Shown: one piece after another, positions 1-13,140 of the stretch
How the letters are laid out: every line of letters starts with the position of its first letter
Position numbering within the stretch: the stretch's first letter is position 1
Source of the DNA: the human T2T-CHM13v2.0 reference genome, Homo sapiens
Length of the DNA: 64,000 bases
Direction: 5' to 3' (one strand)
Assembly (NCBI RefSeq): GCF_009914755.1
Contig: NC_060926.1
Notes under the pieces: generated by a model
Database searches by the model: none
The model's input: only the letters and a program-made list of their open reading frames with translations
Told to the model about the DNA's origin: nothing
Made by a program: the position numbers and the translations under genes

Positions 1-706
1 CTGTAGAGGGTAAAGGAAGACAGATAATAGTTATAGGAAACCTTCATTGTAGAAAGGAGCAGGGAGTTGCTGTTAAATTGTCTACTATTTTTTTTTTTTT
101 GAAGATACTATGCAAAGCTTTTGGTCATAAAAACAGCCTCTAGCAAGCAATGCATTTTACATAAAGGAAACCTTCCCAGGAAGGATGGTTATGAATTTGA
201 TTATAAGATCTTCTCTTTGCATAAATTTGGTTTAGCCTAAATAAGACTTGAAACATGAAACAATGTCCATGGAGTACAATTCACCAATTGTTACTTTTAA
301 TTATGTTCACATGCATAATTCATAAATACACTGCATGGACAAGAGAGAAGAAAAGATAAGAAGGAACAAAAGAGATGAATTTTCCATCAAACAATTACTA
401 TATAAATAGACAATGTATTTAATACATTAGTTAGCAAAGTGATTCTTTGTTCTTGCCAGTCTGGGGCTTAAAAACGTTAAAAGAATCCCCAAATTTAACA
501 TTGTTAAATTTTGCTAATGTCTCCTTTAAATGAAATAAATAGGGATTATCCTTTTTATGGGGGAAAAAAAAGTAAAAAGTTTTCCTAAAATGTGGAGATT
601 TCAGTATGGTTGACATATCATATCAAAATCTATAATATAGTAGATTCTAGTGTGACTTCTTAATATGAAAACATTTAAGAATGGCATTATTTTCTCCTTA
701 GGAGGC

Positions 707-745
707 CTCTCTCTCTCTCTCTCTGTGTCTCTCTTTTTTTTTTTT
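707..745. repeat. (CT)n plus poly-T simple repeat
   Basis: Directly visible ctctct...gtgtctctc followed by a T run. Confidence 0.9.
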
Positions 746-1794
746 GGTGCTAGGTATTGTCATTTCATGTTGCTGTGAGGTATTTGCTTTGTATAATCTA
801 GTTAACAGTACAGTATATGCATCATATTGGAATAAAAAGAAGTAATACAAACAGTGATGAAAGACATTACCAAAGAGTCTAAACTATTTCCCAACTCTGT
901 AATATTTATGAAAGCATTTGATTTGGTACGGTCAATGATAGCCTTATTTCTGAGATGAAAAAATTAAATAAAATATTGGTTAGGAAATTATATGTTAAAT
1001 ACTGAATGCAAGCTTTATATTTAAGCATTCTTATTGCAAATTTTTTCAATGTAAAAAAAAACCTTTTGGTTGATGGTGCAGTTTTTAGAAAGCCTGATAA
1101 ATACTACCTCGTTTCCATGATCAATTTCAGAACCATTAGAGCTAGATACAGTCAGGGACATAGCAACCAAAATGTCAGTTCCATTTGTGGTAGAGCTATG
1201 GAGATCTTTGTCTTGGTTCAGGTATGTGGCAACAGAGTGCTCCTTAATACTAAATGTTGAGATAACACAGGTTTACCCACCCAGTTTCAAACAGCACTCC
1301 AACTGTGGGCTCCTTGCTAGTTCATCAGCAGGACTCACTTTATTAAATGTAGGTTCCTGAAGGAAGCAAGCAAAATGTGCACAGCTTGCAGACACCAAGC
1401 TACACCTGCTCAGATTCTTCTTCTAAACCCTCCAATCAGATATCTCACTCCTCCTATTTGGGGGCAGGTGTGGGTGGGTAAGGGAGGATGCAGAGTTATA
1501 ACCCAACAGAACCTCCCTCCATATAGAACTGTCAAGTATTTATTGTTAAACGCTGATATCCCTGCCATACAGGTTAACATTTTTACATATCATGCCTGCT
1601 TTCACATGGACAGAAACAATGTAAGTATGGAATTAGTGTTTGAACAGATAAGGGAATATCTACCCCTAATGATCTTATGGAAATCTGAATTTATTTAAAA
1701 TACAAATCAGCCTATATGCTATAGCCATGAAAGGAAACTTTCTGCACAGAAAATTTTTTGGCTTCTTATGATCAACATTCGTTGTTTAATTTTC

Positions 1795-1930
1795 TTCTAC
1801 TAAAAATGGTGATGATAACAATGTGTATCTTATATAACTGTGCCAAAGATTAAATAGAATAATACACAGTAGTGCTTTGAAAAGTGTCTGGCTTACCAAA
1901 AGTACTTAAAAATATAACTGCTATTGTTGT
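1795..1930 (+). mobile_element. MIR SINE, 3' part
   Basis: taaaaatggtgatgataaca...gattaaatagaataatacac...gtgtctggc...aaaaatataactgctattgtt resembles the MIR 3' half. Confidence 0.6.
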
Positions 1931-1935
1931 AAATG

Positions 1936-1966
<31 letters not shown>
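1936..1966. repeat. (TCA)n trinucleotide repeat, about 10 units
   Basis: Directly visible. Confidence 0.95.
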
Positions 1967-2597
1967 TTTTTAGCTCAGGTCAAGATCTGAAGATGGGTGA
2001 TGAGGATTCAATGACAGATGCACAGGCCATTGGAAGAAAGATTTCTTTTTATGATTTGGTCAGTAAGAATCATTAAGAGCCCACATCATGACTAGTATTG
2101 TAAGCACACAGTGTGACACACAGTAAGTGTAAGATGTAACATCTCTATATCCAAAGCTTAAAATCTACATGATTACATGAATATTTCAGGCTGCCTACAA
2201 TGTAGTTCAGGAAACAGTGCTTTCCATGGGCCCAAAGATCAGGGAGATTCTAAATGAAGTGTCTTTGCCATCTGACCTTGAAAATCAGATAGGGTGTGTC
2301 CTAGGAGCAGCATCAAGAAAGGGAAGGATTTTGAAGAAATGTGGGTGTTTGGCAGATAGCGAGGGGATTGTTCTGATTGGACTGGGCTGGTCTTAACCCT
2401 AGAAGAAAATCTAGATACCAAAGTTTGTTCTGGAAGATGCAAGAGGGAAAATGTTTGCTTTTGCCTTTGACTCCCACTGCCCTTATGTGAGGTCTCTTCA
2501 GCTTGGGCGTGGTGCTGCCTGCCCATGCAGGTCCATACCCTATGTTCTTTCCTCAGCCCACTCTCATTCTTTCTACTGTTTGAAATTGTATCCCTCT

Positions 2598-2933
2598 ATC
2601 ATAGTCTATTTGGATGGCTCAAAATGCCATAAACTGGGTGGCTTATAAACAACAGACATGTATAGCTCACAGTTCTGGAGGCTGGGAAGTCCAAGAGCAA
2701 GGTGCTATCAGCTAGCAGATTCAGTGTCTGGTGAGGGCTGTTTTCTCCTGATAACCTCACATGGTGGAAAGAAACAAGGCAGATGTCTCTGTGGCATCTT
2801 TTGCAAGGATACTAATCCCAGTCATGAGGATTACCTAATCACCTCCCAAAGGCCCCCCAATACCATCACACTGGTGACTAAGTTTTCAACATAAGAATTT
2901 TGGGAGGGGAACACAAACATTTAGACCATAGCA
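2598..2933 (-). mobile_element. MLT1A-type MaLR solo LTR
   Basis: Reverse complement matches MLT1A: ctgggtggcttataaacaacaga...tcacagttctggaggctgggaagtccaag...cacaaacatttagaccatagca. Confidence 0.85.
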
Positions 2934-3084
2934 CCCTTTTTTAAGGCCTGGTTTTTGTTGTCATTGTTTGTTTGTTTCTTTTCTTTGTGTCCCTTCTTTT
3001 TTTAAAAAAATTACATACTCAGTAATACTTTTTGAGCCTACTGTGTTATGTAGTCATATCTCTCCTTTTTGGTGGTAAGAACAT

Positions 3085-3225
3085 ACAATCTGATCCTGAG
3101 CCAGAATAACTAACCATCTAGGTGATCACAGATGAGTTGCTTAATCTGTCTTCATCTCATTTTCCTCAACTACAAAAGAATTAGTTTGGATTGGATGGTC
3201 TTTAATGGCTCACTTATCAGAGATC
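3085..3225 (+). mobile_element. MIR3/MIR-like SINE fragment
   Basis: Degenerate core gttgcttaatctgtc...ctcattttcctcaactacaaaa...ttggattggatggtcttt. Confidence 0.5.
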
Positions 3226-4128
3226 AACTTTGTTGATCTTTGTCCTAGGGTTTTTTTTTTATATTGCCTATTGCATGCTATTATTATTTAATTTTATGAT
3301 AAGTCTGTCTTATTTTTCCCATGAAGTGTTAAGCCCATTGAGAGCAGAGACTTTGATACCAGCCCATCACCTAACTCAGTGACTTGCAATTGTAATCATT
3401 GACTACATCCCTGGTAAAACTCACTGCTACTTATTCTTAACCTATCTGCTAGTATGAACCTCATCTTCCTATCCCTTCCGTTGCTTTCCCAAATGCTCTC
3501 AATTTCTGATCTCTGCATAATCCAAACAGCATGTATTTCATATTGACTTTCTGTGAGCATTGGTATTTGTATTTTATAAACAATGATAATTCATTGTATA
3601 TAACAAAGGTAAACATCATGAAGACGGGCTGCCAAGGTGAGTCTGTCATTTGCCCTCATTTAGCAAGTACAACTCAGCCTTGTGAAGCATAATGCAAGAG
3701 AAATAAAGCTTTCCAAGTCTAAATAAGACCTCAAAAGGCCGCCATCTATCGTAGGCTGATGTGTTTATTTCTACAGTGTTACCACAGAGGGAACTGCCTT
3801 ACCCTTTAGGCACCAAACACTGTCAGAGTTTCAGAGAGTTTTGTTTTTAATGCCATATCCTTTTTATGCCAATTAGAGATAATCTCCTTGGGCTCTTAAG
3901 TAATTTGTCTGTGCCATCTCAGGCACACTGAAAAGAGTCACAAATCCTTTGCTGATTGGAAAATATTGTGGAAACTCCTCAGGCATAGTTAGAAATTAGT
4001 AGAAACTTTTAAGTCAATGTGATGTCTTTTTCCCCCCTTCTTTATCAAATAAAGAAAGCTTCCTACACAGATTAATGTACAAATTAATTTGAAACCCGTT
4101 TGATGGGGACTTTTCCTTGAGCCTTACA

Positions 4129-4185
4129 GACACACACACACACACACACACACACATGCACAGACACACACACACACACACACAC
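4129..4185. repeat. (CA)n microsatellite, interrupted
   Basis: Directly visible. Confidence 0.95.
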
Positions 4186-4899
4186 CATCCACAGTTGAAC
4201 AATATTAATGAACTAGGAATTAGAAATTTTTCCCAAGGAAACAAAATGCTTGGGTTAAATTTTGAGATGATTTTACTTTCTCATGGTCCTTTACAATCCC
4301 AGATATTTAGGAGGATTAACAACCCTAGAGTTTATTAGGAATCCTCTTTACTACATTAGGCAACAAACTTCATTAGAAGGAGCAGATTGGAGTGGCTTAA
4401 TTAATTCCTGATTAATTTATAACCATTATGTTTTCTCATTCTACCCTTATTTATTATGCTAAAACACCTTAGAATGACCCTAGCAGCATTTAAGTAGTAA
4501 CCTTCACATACAGAAATATAATTTCATGTTAGTGAATGGTCAGCTTTAGCTATCTTAGAAAGGCCCGTGTGACCAGCCTTGCACACAAGAGAGGAAGAAT
4601 GGGCTCTGATCTAAATGACCCTCATCACATGCCCCACTGCTGCTGTGGCCATGTCAAAGTGCTTGGCCCTATTTCCCAGTAACCACCAGCCCCAGAACAC
4701 AAATGTTTGGCAGGTTTGTTTGAATTGAGCTTCTTGATTCAAAATAAGAATTTCTTTTGCCTTTCAGTCCTGAATTAATGTCTATTACCATCTAATATCC
4801 AAATTCTGTAAACTGTACCAGACAGAATTCATAGATTAAGTCCCAATTAGACCAAGTGAGCATTTCTTTACCTTTTGTGGCATGTATTCCCCCTTATAA

Positions 4900-5343
<444 letters not shown>

Positions 5344-5669
5344 TAATAAACATTGATAACCTACTTTATGACACACACTTACAATATAAATGGGCATCCA
5401 AAGACATGTGGAAACAAATGCTCAAAAAATGGTTGAAACTTTTTCTTTATTTTATCTACACAAACACACACAGAGCTAAGGAAGCTCTTCAACCATTTTT
5501 CGCATTATCTTGTTTTTTTTCGTTTGTTTGTTTTTTGGGCTTCATAAAAGATCCTTGTTCTCATTTTGTGGAAATGTGGGCTTGACTGAAGAGCTATTAG
5601 GATTAATTAGAGTTTAATAAGAAATTAATATATAAAACATAATGGCTTTCTAATACGCCAGCCATAACT

Positions 5670-5960
5670 AGTATAGAAAATGGAAGTATCAGATGCCATT
5701 CACAAGGGCAAAAAACATGAAAATGCTTAAGGAATATTTTAAAGAGTATGAGAACTTTTAGATTTTATTAACAAAACTATGGAACTTTACTGAGGGATTT
5801 AAATACACATGGAGATATATTTCTATGTAGAAAAATGGAACATTTAAGTATATAAATTTATTCCAAGTGTAATTGTGGATTTGCTGCAATTTCTATTAAT
5901 TGGATGAGCATATTTTTTATTGATGTTAGAACTTGACAAAGTGATCTATCTATTTCTTTT
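5670..5960 (+). mobile_element. Ancient L1M ORF2 fragment
   Basis: atgccattcacaa...aaaactatggaactttactgagggatttaaa...tagaacttgacaaagtgatct resembles the L1 ORF2 C-terminal region. Confidence 0.55.
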
Positions 5961-7994
5961 AGAAAAAAGTGACTGGAAGGAAATACACCAACATCTTTAC
6001 AACAATATTCTCTTAATACTTTTAAGTCTCAAATTTCCTGAAGTAAACATGTTTGCCTATCATTTGTTATTTTCTTATTACAAAAACACTTTTTGGAAGA
6101 AATTAAATGTACTAATCTATGCTCCTTTCCAGATTTTAAAATCTTGTGACAGTGGTGTGATAAAATGAAGGGCAGATATCTCTTGGTTAGCCTTAGAGAT
6201 ATACTTGGAAGAGTATGCAGAGTGATTTGAAGACTATGAATACAGGAAACAAATATTTTCATATCAACATATGAAAGAATCCAAATCAACAGAGGACAAC
6301 AGAAGTCAATTTGGGTACAGGAGAGACATAAACCATGGGAAACTTCTGTGGGAGATTGAGATCACCTCCACGGGGAGGTGGAGATCATTGGTCTTTTCCC
6401 CACCTAATTTGAGTGGGTTACTATCCTTTCAGAACCATTGTGAAATGGGAGCCAAATAGCTGAAGGGACAGAGGTCATCTTCCATGTCAACTGCTATTTA
6501 TTGAAGAAGGAGAACATGTATTCAGGGGATAAGATGAGGTGTGTAGGGACTGTGTTGTGCAGGCAGGGCAGTGTGGGCAAAGACGAGAGTTTGTTTATAC
6601 GTACGTTGAGGTCTTTTAACCATGACAGAATATTCAGGCAGAACTTTTTTAGATTATCAGGTCTTTAACTGTTTATACCTTATACAGACAATGCTTTGAT
6701 TATTTTCAATTTCAAATGTCATTTAAAAAAAGAGCTTATTTAGGTAATCGGAAATTCAGTGACAATTAATTGCAGGGAGAAAAATGGTCTGTTCTGAAAA
6801 GTTCCACTCAAGAAAGCATATCACTAATATTATACTGAAAGACAAAATAGTAAATCAATTTTTCTTTCCAAACGAACTAAATGAAAACAATTTCACTCAT
6901 GAGCTGAGATGCTAACTGCTAGCTCCCTGTGTAAAGTTAGCAATACCAGCAATGATGCCGCTTCTGAGAACCCAGGCTCAAAACAGAAGCACTGCCAGAA
7001 CTTCAAGTGTCTCCAGCCCATGTGATCACCCCTAATATTTCATGTATGAATTTTTGTAGGACATCTGAAAGAATAAGAAATTGTGTTCATTTATTTCTCT
7101 TCTGGTTCCCAGAAGACCACTCAGTTTTATGTAATGCAAGAACAGTGCAGTTTGGCATGGGGAGTCTTCACAGCTCCAACTGGCTGCCTCTTTGGGATTT
7201 GTAGCACTGTTTTAGATTTCGGCTTCCTGCCTCACGTTTCTGCTTTGGTTTCCTGATGATGTTTCACCATCACACCAAATGTCTTTTCAGAACAGAGTTC
7301 TGTTTAAACACTTTCTTTTATTAAATGTGGTGCAGTTAGTAGGGCTGGATTATATTACATGAAACTATGTTGGCAAATTAATTACTACGCATCATCTTGT
7401 CATGGCAAACTTATATGTGCACACATACAAATGCAATAAATCATTGCTGTGGAGTAAATGAGCTGCTATAAAACATGTTTTGCTACAGTCATACAAGTTG
7501 TAATTACTTTGTCATCATGGACCTCATAGGTCTACTCAACAGCAGCACCACAGATGTCTGTACAGCCAAAAAGCAAACAATCAAACAGTTGCGTTGATAT
7601 ATACAACACAAACAAAATCAGGTTTAATTATTCTCCATCCACCATCCCAAATCTATCAGGTCCCTTGTTACCATATAGTAATAATAGAGGGCTGAGGTCA
7701 TGTTCTCTTTGCACTAAGTTTTTCTGGAAAGAACGTATCTTTTTGGTTTGTTTTTTTTGTTTTGGAGAAAATCATTTTCAAGAATTTCTAATCAGCTTTG
7801 AAGTAAAGTCATGAGTTTTCATGCTTGTTTTCTAATATTCTGTTTTTCGGAGAACAGAATCACACACATTTTGCAAATTACACAGTAATGATAATTACTT
7901 TTTAATATATTTGTAATAGCAACTAAAGCTGTACACTTTTCTAACAAACACAGGTTAGTTGAAGTCACTTAACAAAGTTACATATGACAGTATT

Positions 7995-8183
7995 AATTCT
8001 TGCACATGTTTACTTCATCGAGTACTTCCAACAGCCCAGCTGTCGATAGAATTTTTCAGATGAGGTGAATGAGGCAGAGTAAGATTCAGTAAGTTACCCA
8101 GGCCACACACCTAGCGAGCACTGGGCCCAGAATTCAGTCTCCAGTAGCCTGGCCCCAGAACCCAGCTTCTAACCACGGTGCTG
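7995..8183 (-). mobile_element. MIR SINE
   Basis: tttcagatgaggtgaatgaggcagag...agtaagttacccaggccacacacctag is the reverse-strand MIR core. Confidence 0.75.
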
Positions 8184-8234
8184 GGCTCTAGCACTTCCCT
8201 GTTCCTCCCTGATCCTAACACCCTTCACGCTGCA

Positions 8235-8380
8235 TTCATCGTTGGTCTGAGTTTTTACTTGAGTACAAGATCTGGAGGCGGAGCCTTGTTTTTACTGTTT
8301 GCCACTGTAAATGCAGCCCCTGGGGCTGAATCAGGAAAATAGTAGGCACTTAATAAATGTCAGATGAATGAATGAATGAT
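8235..8380 (+). mobile_element. L2 LINE 3' end
   Basis: atagtaggcacttaataaatgtcagatgaatgaatgaatga is the L2 terminus with its (TGAA)n tail. Confidence 0.7.
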
Positions 8381-10193
8381 TAAAGCATTGTATCTCTCTT
8401 TCAAATTGTTTCCAGGCTGCACTTTACCATGAGTCTGTGCTTGAGCCCTACAAAAAGAAAAGTGGAAAAAGCCGAAGCAATTTCAGTCCTGGGGAACCAG
8501 GTCAGGGCTGCTTGGAGCCCCTTGGTGTAACAGTGGTGATACCAAGGTGGGGAAAGAGGCAGAGGGCACTTCCAGCCTGTTAAATACCACAGTTACTGTG
8601 GTCCCTATGCTTCCAGTAACTTTAGCACCAGAGGAACTTAGGACCACAGTGCTGGTACCAGGAGGAAGAGCAACAGTGATGCACCCTCGCAGCACTGCTC
8701 CCAGCCTTTCAGATTCAGTTCAGTGTTGTGTACAAATGGTGTCAAGCAGCATGATACTGAGCCATGGCTTTATCACTGTGGTCCTTCTCAAGATTCCTGC
8801 AGTAGGGAGGCACCTTCGTTGTACTTTATGGGCCTGGAAGCTTAGTTGGCATAAATTAGTGCAGGAAGTTGGAAATGGTGGAGAAAAAAAAAAAAAAGGG
8901 AGATTCCAGATTCTGGTAGAATGGGCTATGTTTGGGATGACATATAATACATCTCCCAGGGACTCCCAGAAAAGTTTAGAAGGATGAAGAGACAGGAGAA
9001 CCTGTTTTAATAGTTCAGGACAGAGTTAGGTAAATACCAGCTCCATTTTTACACCCAGACTAGTATGGCCTGAGGATCTACAGATCACATTTGATTATGT
9101 GCAGAAACAAATGACCTAGGGACAACAAATCAACCAACCAATTTATAAGGTGTTTGTAGGGGGCACATGGAGTGAGGGGAAAGTCCACTAAATCAAAAAT
9201 GGTTTCTGCATAAATCCTGAAGAGCCTTGGGTCTTGAAAACATGTGCTTGTGTTACATACCTGTGTGTGACGTGTTGGAAACATGTTAGCAGAGCAAGGG
9301 ATACCCAGTCTATGTGATTCACTGGCCAGTTATTTCACTGAAATAACTAGCAGCAATAAATGCAAATTTAATTGACGCAACTAATGCTCTGGAAAATACA
9401 CCAAGTTTCTTGGATAAAATGTCTGTATCTTTTAATAACAGTTGAAAAATTGTTTTCTCTTAATTACAGTGAGTGGGGAGAGGGTCCATAGGAAATGAAA
9501 CAGAAGTGTTGGATCATGGGCTGCGGGAATAAATTCTAGAGCTGGGTCAGGATTGAGCTTTCCAACTTGGGGCTTTTTAATAAAACAAACATATGTTGCT
9601 TGGTAGACAGAGGCTGTTTGGACACTTCTTCTTTTGGCAAGGTTCAAGTTTGATAAGAGTCAAAAACTCTCTCTAGCTGGGCAATAGTGTTTGTGGAAGG
9701 CAGTAATGTTTTTGTTCAACCACAAAGGGACAGAGTCAGGAAAGAAGTTAAAGCCTTCAAAGGTATCACACTTCATAGATAAAAAGACTATTTACAAGGG
9801 GATTCTGAACCTCAAAGAAGAAGACAACCCACCTAACCTTCTTACTCCAACCTGTCTGATGTGACTTTCTACACATTTGCCATTTACATTTCTGTAGTTG
9901 AACTAGCCCTTGCAGAAAGCCTCCTTAATTACATAGTTCCACAAATACCCCTTCTTCTTGATCAATCACTACTGCTTTGCCTGTTCTCTGTTTCTCTAAT
10001 GTTGGCACACTGGAGAGCTGCCTATAAACCTCCTCTCATCTTCTATTCTCCACTTCTTTCCCTGCCAGTCCACAAAGGCCTAGGGAAGTGCCTGGGATGG
10101 CAGAACTGGTTAAAGGTGAGGGATGAGGAAAAGGGAAGTCCCAATGTCTCCTTTCTCTCCTTTGCTATCACTATCCCAGATTTAACGTCCTCA

Positions 10194-10610
10194 GCAGGTT
10201 CCCCAGTCTCACACTTGGAAATTGCGAAGACTGCTATTCTGCTAGAAATTGGAGGATTTTCTTCCCTGCCTTATTCTGGGTTTGCTGCTGCCCAACAACT
10301 CAAACCTTTTGATAATATTGCAGGACCCCTCCCCTCGTCCATCCTGGCACCTGGCCTTGATTTCTGTAATTATATATCAGGGACAGCTAGGTCTGAGACT
10401 GCATTTTTCTCATAAGATGAGATAAATCTTACTCTTCTCTTTAATGTATGCTACTCGAAGACCTCTGTGTGCCAGAGAGAGCCCTACTGTTCCAATACTT
10501 TTACTTATGCAGGTACCAGCACTATCACACTTGCAAGTTGCAATGACTGCTATTCTGCTAGAAATTAGAGGATTTTTTTCTCTTTGCCTTAATCTGTGTT
10601 TGCTGGTGCC
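10194..10610 (+). repeat. Diverged ~100-bp direct repeat, copies at 10194-10292 and 10509-10610
   Basis: Both copies share gcagg...tcacacttg...gactgctattctgctagaaatt(g/a)gaggatttt...tgcctta(t/a)tctg(g/t)gtttgctg(c/g)tgcc. Confidence 0.9.
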
Positions 10611-11127
10611 ATTGAGCTGGGGCTGGAGGGTTGTAATCCCCTCTGCACACAAACATGAAGGCCTGGGAGGTCACAGAAGGTTGAGAAGTCCCACATCCTT
10701 AGAGACATCCTGGACATCCCAGAGCAGAGGAATTCTCATGCTATGTGATATAAGAAAATATGTTAACACATATTTTATCTACATTGTTATACAATGCATG
10801 TTGTAGAATAAACAGACTTCTTGTGGGCTACTCTGAGAAGCTAAGTATGTAACAGCTGGGCTGTTCTAAGTTCCAAATAAATGGTTTTCTTGAGAGGAAC
10901 CATCTCTAAATCAGGTGCTACCCATGATAGGCAAAACAATAGCTATAAAAAGATATGAATTATTGCATTATATATGTGTGTCTGTATTTTGTGTATATTT
11001 TCTTGGCACAATATGATTTTTAAAATTACTTAAACACTGGAGATTTCAAATTATACCACAAATTTGTCTTTTTTGAAAAAACGTATCAATGGATATACTC
11101 TAGCTAATCAAGAGTTGAACTAAAACC

Positions 11128-11310
11128 AGAGACAAATTTACGGCAAAGCTATTAAAGCTTTGGCTTCAGGGCCCAACATTCGTGGGCCCATCCAAAGCTC
11201 TGGGGGTTTAAAGTGTGACTGATATTTTTACTGTGATTGGTTAAAACCACTGTCTCCATCCACTCGGACTCCCTTCCATTCCTTTCCTCATAATTCTTCT
11301 CCTTAATCCA
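11128..11310 (+). mobile_element. hAT (Tip100-like) DNA transposon remnant
   Basis: End motif cagagacaaatttacggcaaagctattaaagctttggcttcagggccc; a related motif lies on the opposite strand at 35489-35531. Confidence 0.5.
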
Positions 11311-11404
11311 GGCTATAGTCATTTAGTCTGTAAGCTGAGCAGCAACTGTACCATGATGGTGAGCAGGTTGAGCAATTAGTATGTATTTAAGGTTTTTCTT
11401 TAAT

Positions 11405-11555
11405 TTCTTGCTACTCAAAGTGGTTCATGAATCATCAGCATTTACATCTCCCAGGGGCTTGTTAGAAATTCAGAATCTTCCAGCCCTGGCTCCATAGAAG
11501 CAGAATCTGCATTTTAACAAGATGTACGTGTGTTTTTATACACATTAAACATTAC
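11405..11555. mobile_element. MER5A-type hAT-Charlie MITE
   Basis: ctactcaaagtggt...cagcat...cttgttagaaattcagaatc...agaatctgcattttaacaagat. Confidence 0.75.
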
Positions 11556-12069
11556 TCCAAAAGCCTATTGCACTTTTGATTGACAAAGAATATTTGGAAA
11601 TTGGTTATTTCTTTGAATTTAGATAAATATGCTAATCTTACCATTGGAACACAGCATAAAATTTATCCCAGAGGTCTGTACCTGATATGTTCACCATATC
11701 AAATTGAATACTTTGGGAACCCTGACTGGTTTTTCTTAGAATCCTGGTCTCCTCCCTTTCTGCCAATGTTTCAACATGAAGAAGGAGGTCTCTTGGTGTC
11801 AGTTCTCAAAGAACCTTTCCTTGCAGATGACTGACAAACAAACCCAGTAGAAGGAGTGTGCTGTGTCTGGCCCATCCACCTGCGGCTCTCATTATTTTTG
11901 CCCATGATTCTCATGGCCCTCTAGTTTCATGGCCTCTCTAGTGCTTCCTCTTTTGCTTTCTAAATCGACAACAGCACTTTCACAAGTTGACATTTTCAGG
12001 TCATGGGGAAGGCTGTGGTTAGTTAAAGGTTGGGAGCAAGTTTGATATCAGCTTCATTCTGAAATACCC

Positions 12070-12295
12070 ATCCCTGCTTCCTCTGGGGCTCCTCTGCCAT
12101 ATTGCTTATTCCTTTTTCAGAAGCACTGATTTCATTTCATTCATTGTGTCTTTTATTATATTTGCTATATGCCTGCCCCTCCAACTGGATTATAAACTCC
12201 TTAGAGGCAAAGATAATTCATATTCATTTTTATCCACCCCATCGCATCTACATTTTGTACAAGGTCTTACATATACCGCATACTTACTAAATTCA
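12070..12295 (+). mobile_element. L2 LINE 3' fragment
   Basis: actggattataaactccttagaggcaaagat resembles L2 ctagactgtaagctccttgagggcagggac. Confidence 0.5.
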
Positions 12296-12694
12296 CATGT
12301 CGGAAATTTGCTATGTAGAGATCTGTGTATTGCCAATCTCTCTCTTTTTAAAATTAGATTTGTTGTCATGGAGACATCAATGATTATGACTTGTAGATTA
12401 GAGACAGGAATTGAACAATAAGTCTTGGTTATTGACTAGTAGGATGCTAATGCTGTATTTCCACAGCCCCAGTTACAGCAGATGGACTATAGCACTCTGA
12501 AATTTGATCTAGTAACATTCATTAAAATCTGTGAATGAACCAGATGGTCAAGAGTTGTACTGGGGAGAGTGGGCTTAGATGTGATAGAGTCATAATTTTC
12601 TGGTAACATTTTTTTCTTTTCAAATGTTATGACCTTTCAAAGAGTTTCTTTCATCCCTCATTCCACTATTTCATGTCATCCATAAAATCAGGGA

Positions 12695-12880
12695 GAGACA
12701 GTGTAGACTCCCTGGTTTGAATCCTGGCTCTGTCACTTCTCAGTCCCGAAACTGCTGTGTCTCCAATTCTTTTTGTAAACTGGGGATTATAAAAATGTTT
12801 TTAAAAATACTTAATTGAGACCAAGGACAGTTCCTGCTACATAGATGTTACAGGCACTGTATGTTTGATGTTATTATTAT
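12695..12880 (+). mobile_element. MIR SINE fragment
   Basis: cctggtttgaatcctggctctgtcactt...tgtaaactggggattata. Confidence 0.65.
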
Positions 12881-13140
12881 CCTTTAATAAAAAGAATAAA
12901 AATAACAAGCCTGTGGTTCAGCTTAGAAGTACAAATACCTCATATTTTGCATAACCATTATGTTTCAGTAAAAACCTGAGGGTACACACTGAGAGATAAT
13001 TCCATCCATCCAGGCAAAACTTCAGCTAATGGGCTGAATACCATTTCTCATAGATCTGAAGCTTCCCCACAGGCTATGGGGTTCCAGTGTGTTATGTTTT
13101 GGGTTGCTGTCCTTGTTTGTGGAGTCCTCCCATTGGCCTA

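Noticed and set aside
3738-3797. CTCF-like motifs (reverse strand acgatagatggcggc; ccacagagggaac)
   Set aside because: Several mismatches at core positions; cannot be supported without PWM scoring or ChIP data
8547-8987. 146-aa ORF
   Set aside because: GTG start, runs through a poly-A stretch, no recognisable homology
9861-10415. Longest ORF (184 aa) and neighbouring ORF 10444-10806 with a shared peptide
   Set aside because: The first ORF starts at GTG, neither has a recognisable domain, and the shared peptide is explained by the DNA duplication, which contains indels
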